IMG/VR virus record: IMGVR_UViG_3300045988_050655
Length of the DNA stretch: 64,000 nt
Direction: 5' to 3' (one strand)
Source: a virus
Positions 15,861 to 28,000 of the stretch are shown piece after piece. Position 1 is the first letter of the stretch. Every line of letters starts with the position of its first letter. The notes beneath the pieces are model-generated. The model did not search any database. It had not been told where the DNA came from and saw only the letters and a program-made list of their open reading frames with translations. Position numbers and translations under genes: made by a program.

Positions 15861-16436
15861 ATGGAGATAGAAGTCTGGAAACCTATCGAAGGTTATGAGG
15901 ATAGATACGAAATATCCAATTTGGGTAGAGTAAAATCCTTGGAACGTAGAATTAGAATTGCAAACGGTCGTTATCGAGTAAAGAAACAGAATATACTGAA
16001 GGAAAATCGTGCCCTTCCATATACTATGGTTCATTTAAGCGAGAAACCTTTTTATGTTCACAGATTGGTCGCTAATGCTTTTTGTGATAATCCGTGTGGG
16101 TATAATGAGGTAAACCACAAAAATGAAAACATCAGAGATAACAGAGCTGTGAATCTAGAATGGTGTGACCATAAATATAATTGTAATTATGGCACAAGAA
16201 ATATTCGACAAGCGGCTAAATTAATAAATGGTAAATGGGCAAAATCGGTTGTTCAGTTAACATTGTCTGGCGAATATGTTGCAACCTTTCCGTCAGTAGC
16301 AGAGGTTCATAGACAGTTAGGGTTCAGTAAAGCACCAATAACATGTTGTTGTAGGCATTATAAATATTACACATCTTCTCATGGTTATATGTGGATGTTT
16401 GAATCAGAGTATAAAAACAGAAAATATGGTAAGTAG
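15861..16436 (+). CDS. HNH homing endonuclease (NUMOD4 plus HNH_3-type)
   Basis: 'WKPIEGYEDRYEISNLGRVKS' (NUMOD4) and 'EVNHKNENIRDNRAVNLEW' (HNH). ATG 15861 lies 2 nt after the upstream stop. Confidence 0.8.
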   Translation: MEIEVWKPIEGYEDRYEISNLGRVKSLERRIRIANGRYRVKKQNILKENRALPYTMVHLSEKPFYVHRLVANAFCDNPCGYNEVNHKNENIRDNRAVNLEWCDHKYNCNYGTRNIRQAAKLINGKWAKSVVQLTLSGEYVATFPSVAEVHRQLGFSKAPITCCCRHYKYYTSSHGYMWMFESEYKNRKYGK

Positions 16437-16704
16437 GTCTGCTAAATATTATCAAGAGCATCCTTTAGCAAGAAAAAGAAAAGCCATGTATGATAGCAAA
16501 TTTGAGAGTTCTCCATCTCAAAAAAAGAAAAGAAGGGAACTTGCAAAATTTAACGCTGCTCACGATAAGAAGTATGGGGCAGCTTCACGCAAGGGCATGG
16601 ATGCTTCACATACCAAGGCAGGAATCAGGTATAAACCATCATCGGTGAATCGTGGTTCCAAGACGGATATGGCTGGGGATAGAAGGGCTAGAGGCGGTCG
16701 CTGA
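16426..16704 (+). CDS. hypothetical basic protein (92 aa)
   Basis: ATG 16426 overlaps the HNH gene end by 11 nt. K/R-rich. Followed by a terminator. Confidence 0.45.
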   Translation: MVSRSAKYYQEHPLARKRKAMYDSKFESSPSQKKKRRELAKFNAAHDKKYGAASRKGMDASHTKAGIRYKPSSVNRGSKTDMAGDRRARGGR

Positions 16705-16718
16705 TAGTGAATAAAAGA

Positions 16719-16750
16719 ATAGGGAGTGCTCACGCATTCCCTATTTTGTT
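16719..16750. terminator. bidirectional intrinsic terminator between convergent genes
   Basis: 11-bp hairpin ATAGGGAGTGC-TCAC-GCATTCCCTAT with T-rich tracts on both sides. Confidence 0.65.
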
Positions 16751-16828
16751 ATCCTAACAATCTTAAAACCTATAAACTAAAAAACCTATGAAAAAACAAT
16801 CGTACTTCTTAATTATGATAAATTCAAT

Positions 16829-17137
16829 TTAACCTTCCTCTTCCGACATCTGTCTCAACTTCTCGGTAAGCGCATTGTGTACCTCACGCTTATCGTCAAG
16901 AGTGACGGTCTGTAGCTTAGGGCAATTAAACTCCAGTATCTTGATAAATGTTGCAACCTTATCTTTAGGCTCGCAATCATGCCAAGCTGACATAAAATCT
17001 TCCCAAGCCTCTCTAGAAAAGTCGGCACACAGCTCACGAAACTCCTTTGTGATAGGAGATTCGTACCCTTTCTGCTTTCCTCCAGTCTTCGGTCTTCCCT
17101 TCTCGAACTGACCTTTTGAATTTCTGTCTGCTGCCAT
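16829..17137 (-). CDS. hypothetical protein (DUF5681-like N-terminus)
   Basis: 'NSKGQFEKGRPKTGGKQKG' resembles DUF5681 / small-terminase-like N-termini (from memory). ATG 17137 lies behind late-type promoter P1. Confidence 0.55.
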   Translation of the reverse strand: MAADRNSKGQFEKGRPKTGGKQKGYESPITKEFRELCADFSREAWEDFMSAWHDCEPKDKVATFIKILEFNCPKLQTVTLDDKREVHNALTEKLRQMSEEEG

Positions 17138-17156
17138 TGTCTTAACTATTTTGGTG

Positions 17157-17197
17157 CAAAGATAGCAATTATTCGTCAAACGGAAACTTTATCCGTT
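17157..17197 (-). promoter_or_regulatory. late-type promoter P1: AACGGATAAAG-N22-TATCTTTG (minus strand)
   Basis: One of six copies of the same 41-nt architecture. Confidence 0.6.
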
Positions 17198-17214
17198 AAT
17201 TTACCTCCAAAATA

Positions 17215-17255
17215 AACGGATAAAATACGATTCTCGGATGCTATTTGTATCTTTG
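17215..17255 (+). promoter_or_regulatory. late-type promoter P2: AACGGATAAAA-N22-TATCTTTG
   Basis: Same architecture. 30 nt upstream of ATG 17286, which opens the internal-protein / giant-protein operon. Confidence 0.6.
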
Positions 17256-17285
17256 CCACATTATTAATAATTAAAATACATATAT

Positions 17286-17957
17286 ATGTTAGGAGCATTA
17301 ATTGGGGCAGGTCTTGGACTTGCAAGTAGTATCGCTGGTGGTGTAGCTAACCGCAAGGCGAGACGTAAGCAGGAGCAGATGATTGCCCAGCAACAGAAAG
17401 AAAATCAGGCATGGTATGACCGAACATACAATGCCGACCCGACCAAGCGTGCTGATACGGTTCGCTTGCTCACACAGATGCAGGAGCAGATTAAGAACAG
17501 AAACAAGGCTGCCAAGGGCAGACAGGCGGTGATGGGTGGTATGGAAGACTCCACTACTGCGGTGAAGGAGGCGAACAACAAGGTTCTTGCTGATACTACC
17601 TCACAGATTGTGGCTGCGAATGAGTCTCGCAAGGATAATATCGAGCAGCAGTATAGAGAGCGCAAGAATCAGTTACAGAACCAGCAGATGGGCATTGAAG
17701 CTGAGAAGGCTGCTGATACCGCTAATGCGGTGGCTGGCGTGGCTGGTACTGCTGCCAATATCGCTGCAACTATTGATAGTGGTGCTGGTGGAGCAAAGAA
17801 GGCTCCGAATATGAATGTGACTCAGGAGCAGTTGAATGGTATTGCCAAGAATCCGAATGATGTTCTTGGCTTGAAGGCGAAGACTACTGGGCTACCATCG
17901 CAAGGTGAACTGAATAGTCTTGGCTTGAAATTGCAAGAACAGAAAGTAAAAGCATAG
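17286..17957 (+). CDS. putative virion internal protein (Gly-rich hydrophobic N-terminus, Q/A-rich coiled coil)
   Basis: Composition and position as the first gene behind P2. No family recognised. Confidence 0.6.
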   Translation: MLGALIGAGLGLASSIAGGVANRKARRKQEQMIAQQQKENQAWYDRTYNADPTKRADTVRLLTQMQEQIKNRNKAAKGRQAVMGGMEDSTTAVKEANNKVLADTTSQIVAANESRKDNIEQQYRERKNQLQNQQMGIEAEKAADTANAVAGVAGTAANIAATIDSGAGGAKKAPNMNVTQEQLNGIAKNPNDVLGLKAKTTGLPSQGELNSLGLKLQEQKVKA

Positions 17958-17960
17958 CCT

Positions 17961-19073
17961 ATGAAAGCATCAGATATGTTACGACACAATAATGGCTTGA
18001 AGACTACACAGAGTGTACTCAACAAGCAGCAGAGTGGGGTGGATGCTGCCAACAAGGTGGCACAGACTCAGGCTCCAGTCTTCACCCAGCAGCAACTTGA
18101 TGCGGCTGGCAAGAAGGTTGACCAGATGAATGCTGCCACTCCCACCGATGATGCTATGAAGGCGGCTAGGGCTAAGACTATCGCTACTCAGCAAGCTATC
18201 GCCAATGGGGTGGACGTGAATCAGGGAGTGCCAAATGATGAGGAGGATAAACCATCCGTGCCTATCGTGAAGAAGGAGGAGCCAGCAGAACAGCCTAAGC
18301 AGTTGTCTTATGCCGACATGTATAAGATGCTGAATCCTGAGCAGCAGGAGACGGCTGAACAGAGGGCGAACAGAGAGAAAAAGGAGCGTACCAAGGCTCG
18401 TATCGCTGCTCTGGGTGATGGCCTCCGTGCGCTATCCAATATCTACTTCGCTACCAAGGGTGCAAAGGTGGTACACAATCCTGAGTCGGATATGACTAAG
18501 GCGGTGAATAAACGCAAGGCATATATGGATGCTCAGAGAGAGAAGAATCGGGCGGCTTGGCTGGCAGGGTATCAGAGGGCACTCGCTCTTGATGAGGAAG
18601 CTCGGAAGAATAACCTGACTCTCGCTGAGCAGATGAGGTATCACGATAATATGGATAGAGTCAATAGGGCAAAAGTCATGTTAGACCAAATGAGGATAGC
18701 ACAGCAAGATGAATACAATAAGGGTAAATTAAGTAATCAGGAGTCTGCGAACAAAGAAACCGTTAGACATCATAAAGAGCAGGAAAGTACTAGTAAGAAG
18801 AATGCCAACGCTAATGTGACTAGAGCACAAAAGGCAGGAAAAAATAAAGGTGGTTCTTCTAAAGAAAACTATAATAAAACTCTCGCTGGTTTAACTACTA
18901 AAGACCCTAATGGAGTAAGAGCGGTTACTAAGAGTTTGAAACGTGCTGGTGTTCCTCAAAATGCACAGACAATAGTAGAGGCTTACAGAACACAGAATGG
19001 TTCATTCCATGGTGGCGGTTCTACGAGTAACAATAGTCGAGCTAAGCAATTAGCCAAGAAGTATGGATTTTAA
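17961..19073 (+). CDS. putative virion internal protein (low-complexity, K/Q/A-rich)
   Basis: 370-aa ORF immediately upstream of the giant gene. No family recognised. Confidence 0.6.
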   Translation: MKASDMLRHNNGLKTTQSVLNKQQSGVDAANKVAQTQAPVFTQQQLDAAGKKVDQMNAATPTDDAMKAARAKTIATQQAIANGVDVNQGVPNDEEDKPSVPIVKKEEPAEQPKQLSYADMYKMLNPEQQETAEQRANREKKERTKARIAALGDGLRALSNIYFATKGAKVVHNPESDMTKAVNKRKAYMDAQREKNRAAWLAGYQRALALDEEARKNNLTLAEQMRYHDNMDRVNRAKVMLDQMRIAQQDEYNKGKLSNQESANKETVRHHKEQESTSKKNANANVTRAQKAGKNKGGSSKENYNKTLAGLTTKDPNGVRAVTKSLKRAGVPQNAQTIVEAYRTQNGSFHGGGSTSNNSRAKQLAKKYGF

Positions 19074-19084
19074 ATAGTAATATT

Positions 19085-22000
19085 ATGCCAGATAATGTAG
19101 ATAAGTTATTTGAAATAATGCAGGCGAAAGGTGCTGCTAGTGATAGAGGTAAGTTCCGAAAAGTATTCTTGACTCCTGGCAATAAGGGGTATAAGATAAG
19201 AAAGGATATTTATGATGGACTCAGGGCAGACGGCATTATAGATAGTCCAACTTACGAGGATTTTAGACGAAAGCTAAGACTTGGTGGTACTCCAACAGTC
19301 AATAAGTATCGTCAGCAAATGTTTAACTCTGTTGACCCAAACAAGAGCAGAGCGTCAGAACTTACTAATAGAGCGGTAGGTCAGGCTGTAAGGGCAACCA
19401 ACAATGTCCGTAAACCAGTAACCGCAAAGGTTGTGAATCGGAAAGGTAAGCCAATTGGAGAGGAGTTTGCCATTACTCCTGCCAAGACCGTAGAAGACCT
19501 TGATAGGGAGTATGCTCAGGAGACAACAAAGAACTGGGAGAATGAACTGCATGACCAGATGGCTGATGCCGACAAGGATGCAGCAAAGATTAGCGATATG
19601 TTCAAGTCCTTCATCGGTTCTACTGATGAAGTAGGTAGTGTATGGGGTAACATGACTAGAGGTGGCGGTATCGCTGGTACTCCTCATAGTGTTACTACCA
19701 ACAATGGCATCATGGAGAATACAGAAGCTCGACAAATTCTTGCTGCTGGTGATTACAATCGTAAGAGAAGAGAACTCTTGCAGTTGGAGCAGGATTCAAG
19801 AAATGGTGCAATCTTTGACAATCATTCTTTTTTTAGAGGAATGTATGATGCAGCCAAAGATACTGGATTCCTGACTGGCGGTGCATCTGACCTTATCAAT
19901 GCTGGTTCCTTGCTTGCAACCAAGCAGGATTTGGATAATGGTGTCCATACTGAAGCTGGTGATATGCTGATGCAGCAAGCGGTAAAGAATAGTAATGCAC
20001 AGAGTCAGTATGGTGACAATCAGGGATGGATGTACACTGGTGGTGTTATCACTACCAATATGGCTCCTTTTATGGTGCAGATTGGTAGTGCTGGATTTTC
20101 CAAGGGTATGAGTAACGCTATTGGTAAGGTAGTGCAGAGTGCAGCTTCCAAGGTCGCATTGGGTATGATGAATAAGGCAATTGGATTGACAAGTACTCAT
20201 GTCGCAAACATCATAGGTAAAATGACTGGTCTTACTACCAAAGCATTCGGCAAGGCTATCCAGTATGGAATTGTAGGTGCTGCCCAAGCTAATACGGTTG
20301 GTCTTGGAAATGTGGCTAACGATGTGATTAACCGCTATACTGGTCAGGTCTATCAGGATGAGCAGGGCAACTACAAGTTTGGCACATTTGATAGTGATGG
20401 CAATCTTGTGCATGAAGGCGGTGAAGACTTCCTTACTGCTCTCGTAAAGGGTGAGGCGGCTCAGACTATTGAGTTTGCTACTGAGTTGGCTGGCGGTGGA
20501 ATTGATGCTGCTGGTACTGCCCTGAAGAACTTCGTTACCAAAGGTGGCAAGAAAATTATCAACAAGTACAACATGGAGAATGTTTCCAAGGTGATTGACT
20601 TCTTGCTTAATAATAAGGTGGCAAAGAATGCAAGATACTTGAAGGCTGGTGCTGACAGAACTCTTGGCAAGGTTGAAGTGAATAGTATTGTCGGTGAGTC
20701 TCTGGAGGAAGAGTTGGGTATCATCGCCAACACGGTCTTTACTGGTGATAATAAAATCTCAGACTTGTGGGATGAAAAGCAGCAGTCTCAGATATGGGGC
20801 GGCATGCTCTTGTCTATCGGATTGATGAAGGGTGCTGTTGCTCCTTTCCATGCTTATAATGCCAAGCAGTATTATTCCTATAAGCATAAGCTAGACAAGG
20901 CTGATGTGAACTTGTCTCAGTTGCTCGGTAAGGAGAAGTGGGAAGAACTCCGTAATCAGATTGATACTACAACAAACGATGATATGCCTGAAATGGTAAA
21001 CAGAATCAATCGTGATGTTGCTCTTGGTAAGAACAGACAGCCAGTGCGTGAGTATATTCAGAACTTGCTCATCATGCGTGGATATGACATTGGCAACATG
21101 CTTGCTGCAAAGAAGGCAGTTGAAGACAAGGGTGAAGGTGTCTCTGTGAAGAATATGGAGAAGAATCAGGCATACCAGCAGGGTCGTGATGCTTATGGCT
21201 ACGATACTCATGAGATTCAGTTAGACCAAGAAGACAAACAAAAGTCTCTTGCCCAACTTCTCGGTATCTCAGAGCAGCAGTTGGCATCCATGAGTGATGA
21301 GGAACTTGATGCACTCTCTGGTCGTGATGATAATATTGATAGGGCTATCTATGACTACCAGTTATCTACTGCTCGCTATGAAGGTGTGATTGATAATGCA
21401 AGAGACCAGATAGACTTGGAGGTTCAGAGGGCAGCACAAGCGGTTGATATGTACACAGACAAGTCTCGCAATACAATCCGAAATGCTACCATCAAGGCTA
21501 CTGGCGGCTTGGAAGACTATGGTGTTTATATTATTAATGGTAATATCGCTACCCATGAAGATGGTTCCATTGATATTAGTAATAGTGATGATATGATTCT
21601 GTATTATGACCCAACTACCAATACGGTTGAGCATGCTGATGCCATGATGTTTGCTGAACTGGGTAGTGAGGAGAATGCTGATGAAGTGAGAAGTCAGGCT
21701 ATGGCTGATGCCAAGGAGAAGGCTATCAAAGAGACTACTGGTATCATTGATGGTGTTGTAGAGGTAGGTACTCAGTTCAAGACCGTTGATGCAGATGGAA
21801 CAGAACATACTTATGAAGTACTCGCTGATAATGGTGATGGTACTGCCATGATTACTATTGATGGCAACATTCCAACTGAACTTGTCAAGGGTGAGAATGT
21901 AAATATTCCAGTCTCGTTTGAAGAGTTGCAGAAGATGAAGGATGAGTCTGACCAGCAGAGATTGCAAGCGGCAAAGGCTCAGCGAGAACAGATGGAGAAG

Positions 22001-25000
22001 GAGCGTGCTGAGCAGCAAAATCAGGAGACAGAAGAGACTCAACCTTCATTTGACTTCAAAAAGATACTCAATGATAATGGTAACGTGGTGCTTGCTGATG
22101 TACTCGACGAGGATGGCAATACAAGATACCCAAACTCAAAGTTATTTCTCATCCGTGATTCTGGTGCTAAAGCTAAGGTGGTAGAGTTGAAGAGTGATGG
22201 CACTCTTAAATCTCATGCCGTTGATAAGAAAGACGTGAGAACTGCTACTACTATGTCGCTCGATGAATACAAACAAGCTATGGCTGAATCCTCAATGATA
22301 GAGGATAATAGTGGAGAGAATAGAGGTGAGATAGAGGCTGAAACTTCAATAATAGAGGATGCTGAACCAATAGGAACTGGTGCGTTTGGCAACATCTATA
22401 ATCAGTTTAAGGGCAAAGTTAAGGAGGCTTTCAACTTCCTGATGAGTCATAAGAGTGGAGATTTACTTGGTGTCTTCCATCGTGATGATGTTGGAGACAT
22501 TGACCTTGTATGGGGTAACGAAAAGATGGGTTTGGCTCATATCCTTGGAAAGCATGTAGGTGAAGGAAAAGACTTTGAGACTCCAGATGATGCTATTGAA
22601 ATGATTGAGAATGTTATTAATAGCGGTCGTATCTTCCAAGATAATCAGAATCGCTATACATTAATGCTTGATGGTGTAGGTGTAGGTATCAGAAAGAGTT
22701 TCGATGGCGAGAAAAAGAATTGGATTGTGACTGCTGTTGACTTTAATAGAAGTCAAGAAGAAAAAGGAATCGTCACCAATCCCACGTCAACCTCTCATGG
22801 TGTTACTGAGTCAGAGTCTGCTGCTGCGCTCAACGATTCCGATGGCAAAGATATTAATAATTCTGCAAACGACAATGAAAATAATGAAAGTTTAACATTT
22901 GAGGATGGTACTCCTATCCCAGTTGATGAGAATGGAGAGACTGACCTTAGCCAGACTGATGCTGCTCATGCTGCTGAGTGGTATGATAATAACCTCGGTG
23001 AGGATGCTGACGATTGGTTGGATGGAGAAATCAAGAAGGCTAAGAAGGTATTGGAGCAAGCACAGAATAAGAAGGTGACTGGCACTAAGCCTTCTGAGTT
23101 GGTTGCAAGCAAGAAAGAGAAGGAAGCTGCCATTGCTGATGCCCAAGCACATTATGACTCTGCAATCTCTATTCGTGATTCGTTGAAGGAAAGAAGAATT
23201 GCCAAGGAAGAGAATACTGCTGAGGGTAGGAAGGAACTCATTGAGAAGGAAAGAAGAAAGTTCGCTCGCTTGAAGAGTGCGGTGAAGGATGATGCTGAGG
23301 CGGTTGCTCAACTCTATAAGGAGACGGTTGGTTCGTTGCTGCATCGTCTTTACGATGGTACTGGCATTGACGTGACAGATACGATTCCGCTTACTGCTGA
23401 GGAGTATGTGGCTAGTAACCTCGGTGCTCACTCTCTCAACTATGAGGGAACAGAGACAAGCAAGGGTGTTAAGCAGGAGACTGGTTTGAACAGAGAAGAC
23501 TTTGCTAAGACTCAGTTGCTGGCTGCTGATGGCAAGGGAACTACTATTGATAACCTTGTGCATAGTCTGTGGGAGAATCGTCCATCTAACCTTGATTCGC
23601 TCGGCACACAAGAGATTCGTAACGCTTTGCTCAGCGTAATCACTAGCGGTTTCAAGGCATCGGAAGCAAGAAACTATATAGAGAATCTTCGTATTGCTCA
23701 GGCTGAGAACTTCCTTGAAGAGCAGAAGAAGGCTGCTGACAATGCCGCATTCGCTGAGGAGAATAAGGCTGAATCAGAACAACAGACTGAAACGGCTACT
23801 GAATCTGAGGAGAAGACTGGGGAAGACAACTCTGATGAGATTAATGATGAGGATAATGAGAAGATAAATGAGCAGACAAATGAGAATATAAATGCTCCTG
23901 AGGTTCCTGAGGATGCAACGGAAGAGAATCCACTTGGCTTACAACTTAGCGAAGATAAGGTTCCGTTTGAAATTGAAGGAGGAAAGAGCGGTGAGACATA
24001 TAACATAAATGATAATGAAGACAGACAGAGACTTATCAATGACAATAAGGTGGATGATAAGGACATCTTGGATATTGATATGCCTAAACATGTACACAAG
24101 GCTATTAAGGAGTTGTGTAAGAAGATGGGATTGAAGGTTCAGTTCCTTTATATGGGCGCAAGGTCAAATGGTTGGATAGAGAATGGAACCATGTATCTTG
24201 CTCTGGACACAGAGATGGCTACCCAGTTTGTGTTTGGTCACGAAATGACTCATGCAATCAAGCAGAAGAATCCTGAGGCATACAAGGAACTCGTTAAGGT
24301 TGCCATGGCTGTAACGACAAAGAAGAAGTTTGAGGAAGACTTGGCAAAGGTTTACCAAAACTATCATGGTATCTCTGGATATAACAATGTTGATGATTAC
24401 GTTGAGGAGGTTGTTGCTGACAACTTAGGAAAGTTCATTAATAACTTTGACTTGGCACAGAAGTTTTCTCTTCGTCTCAATCATCCTGTATTGGCAACGA
24501 TTCTTCATGCTATACAGAAGATAAAGAGTCTGTTATATGGAGACTTCTACAAGTCTGTAGATGCTTTGGAGCGTATCGTTGAAAAGGCATACGTTGATAC
24601 TGCCAAGGGTGAGGTGACGAACTCTGAGACTGGCGAAGATGTTTCCTTCTCTCTCCGTCAAAAGCCTGAACCTAAGAAGAAGGGCATCGGCTACAAGGTG
24701 TTCGTGTTGAAGGATGGCAAACTCTATCCACCAATGGTAGCGAACCCTGATGGTGCTGCTACTCCAGTAGGTGTATGGCTTGATGCTGATGCGGCTCCTA
24801 TTGCTGGAGAAAGCAAGACTGGCAGACCTCAGGTTAAGCAGGGCGGCAAGGGAACACAAGGCGGTAGCGGTAAGCTAGCCTATAGACCAGGCTGGCATCT
24901 TGGTGTTGTGCCTTATGCTATCCAGTTCAACCGCAAGGATGCTGAGGGAAACAAGACTCTCTTCCCTAAGAACTTTGTCTTCGCTGAGGTGGAGTATGCT

Positions 25001-28000
25001 GCTGATGTTGATTATCAGGAGGAAGCTCGCCAAGAGGGTATCAATCCATCGGGTAAGTATCAGCATTCTCTCGCTGGCTTGAAACATTTGCCTACTGATG
25101 GCTATTATATGTATCGTACCAACCCGAACCCTGAGACTGACCCTTGGGTGATTACTGGTGCGATGAAGGTGAACCGCATCTTGACCAGAGCAGAGCAAGC
25201 AGAACTTGTGAAGAAGACTGGTCGTGAACCTCAGCAGATTCAGGAGGGCGATATTGTTACTGATGATGTTGTGAACAGCATCAATCAGGAGATAGCTGAT
25301 GCCCCTAAGTTCTCGTTGAAAGACCCATTCAAGATGTCTGACAATGAGAAGAAGGAGCGTGGTGATAGACTTATTAAGGCTCCAGCTATTAATGTGGCTA
25401 GTGGTGTCATTCAGAAGACTGCTGACTTGTCTGCAAGAAAGGCTGCTGAAAAGTGGTGGAATGAGAATGTAGCAAAACCTCTCGTCTTCAATACAGAGGT
25501 TGGTGATGTGGAGATTAATGATAAATCTATCAAGGATTCACTTGCTCATAGATACAGACAACCTAAGTTGGATGCCATTACATCATTACCTGATGGATTT
25601 GGAAATGCGGTGTACCTTGGTACAATGAAGGACTTCACTAGGGATGGTGATGTAAACAATCACTATTTCGCTTATCCTATCAATTATGATGGGCAGAGAA
25701 ACTATGTGTTCTGTCGTGCTATGCAGGATGCTAACAAGAATAGATTATATGTGCATGAGGTGTTTGTTGCTGATAAAATAAACGAGGGCAATACCCTTCA
25801 AACCACAGCGTCACAGCCTCATGGAGGTATTGCCCTCTACAAAGAAATTCTTGCGAATGTTCTTTCTGCTGCAAAGATAGACAATTCTTCTGAAACTACC
25901 AAGGAAAATGGCGAAAAGTTTTCATTGAAGGACGAAAAAACTCTTGCAGGAGTGCATAACATTACTGAGGAGAAGCTGAGAAAGGCTTTGAAACTGGGTG
26001 GCTTTGCCAATCCTTCTTTGGCTGTAATTGATACTAACAAGACTGGTCACGACAACTTTGGAGAGATTTCCTTCATCGCTCCTTCTGCCCTTGTAGATAA
26101 GCGTACTGGCAAGACTGCTGGTACTTGGATAACTGATGCCTATACTCAGCGTTATCCTTCCGTAGAACGAGAAATGAGCGAGAAAGGCAGTCAGAAGTTT
26201 AGAGACTGGGTTGATAGCCTTGAATACCCAAGTGAAGCTAAGGCTGAGATTAAGAGACAGGCAGAGGATGCTCTGAGCAACAATAATGCTCCTGCTTGGG
26301 AATTGATGTACTTGAAGGAAAAGGGTATTGACATTAAGGAGTATGATTCAAGAATTGATTATCGCTGGAAAGAAATTATCAAAGACCATCCAACTGTTGA
26401 GGACATTCTGAATAGTATGAATACTGACCCTGAACTGAATGAAAAGGTTACAGGTCTCGCTAAGCATATCATCGTTGACCCTATACGGGGAAAGATTTCG
26501 TTGGAGGTGAGAAGAAAGATATATGAAGAGACTGGTGTTAAGATGAGTTCTCTCAATCCACAAGTAAGAAAACAGACTAAGGAAATCTTTGAGCGTGACT
26601 ATGCGCCAAGTCTTCTTAACAAGAATGGTACACCAAAGAAATCCGATGTAAAGAAGGTTGTTGAACAGATGGTGAAGGAGCACAACGACACAAAGAAGTA
26701 TGACTTCTATCTGTCTAAGGTGAAGGCTAGTAATTACGTCAACAAGAATGGTCTTTATGATGATTACATCAGATGGCAGGAGAACAAACTGGATGAGTTC
26801 GGAACAAAGAACCGTATCTTCCGTGGCTATACTAAGGATGGTTCCAGAAAGTATGTGCCTGAGACTCTTGAAAATGTTTCAAAGGCTATGAGGGAAGAAG
26901 CAGATGGGCAGACCAATGGAAGCGAATATACCTCGTTTGGTAGCTTTATCGCAAAGTTGGCTAGTCGTGTTGATTCTACAGACGAAATGCGTGCCAACAA
27001 GGATAAGTTGTCTTCTAATAAGGATAAGGAAGAATTTTACGAGAAATGGTCGGACGTATATTATGACCTTGCCAAGTTCTTTTATAATGATGTGTTCTAT
27101 GGCGAGCAGAGACTTCACGATATTGTATTGCAGTCTGACCCTAAGAAGTATGCCAAGAAAGAATATGGCATTACCCTTACTCCTACCTTCATGAAGAAGC
27201 TGGATGCCTTGAAGAATGCAGTACAGACAGAGTTGAAGAGTGCGTACTTTGAGACTAAGTACAACAGACCTCTCCGTCTAAACGAGTTTGCTGCTGCCGT
27301 GGTTCCTGATAACTTGGGCGAAGATGTACGCAAGGGAATAGAGAATGCTGGCTTACCAATGTATGACTACGACCCGAATAAGGAAGGTGACCGCAGCCGT
27401 GCCTTCAATGAAGCTATCAATAGTAGAGACAATATCAAATTCTCTCTGAAATCTATGATGGCGAAACCTGAGGGATGGAAACAAGCCAACAAGAAGGCTA
27501 TACATATTGCAGAAGCTATTGAGCGTGACCCTAAGTTCTCCTTGAAGAACCTTGATGGAACTCTCATTAAGGCTGGAACATATTTTAGCGGTGGCGGTCT
27601 TGTTGAGGAAGGTTTGAAGGGTATCATCGACCCAGTGGTGGCAGTTGAGTATGACGAGAAGATAAGCGGTGTTTATCGCAACAACTTCGGGCAGCACATC
27701 GTTACTGCTGATGTTCGTGATGTTGACCCAAGAGAGTTGGTTAAGCTGATTGATGGCGAGGTAGAGTACTTCCATGCCAGCCCAGTCTGCAAGAACTACT
27801 CTCAGGCAAAGAGTAACCATGCTGAGGTGGAACTTGACAAGGAGACTGCTGCTAGTACTGCCGAGTTCATCAATGCTATCAATCCAAAGGTGGTGACAAT
27901 CGAGAATGTGAAGGGATATAAGGATTCGGATGCCATGAAGACTATTACCGATGCTCTGGATGCCAACGGCTACACTTGGGATGCAGATGTGTATAACGCT

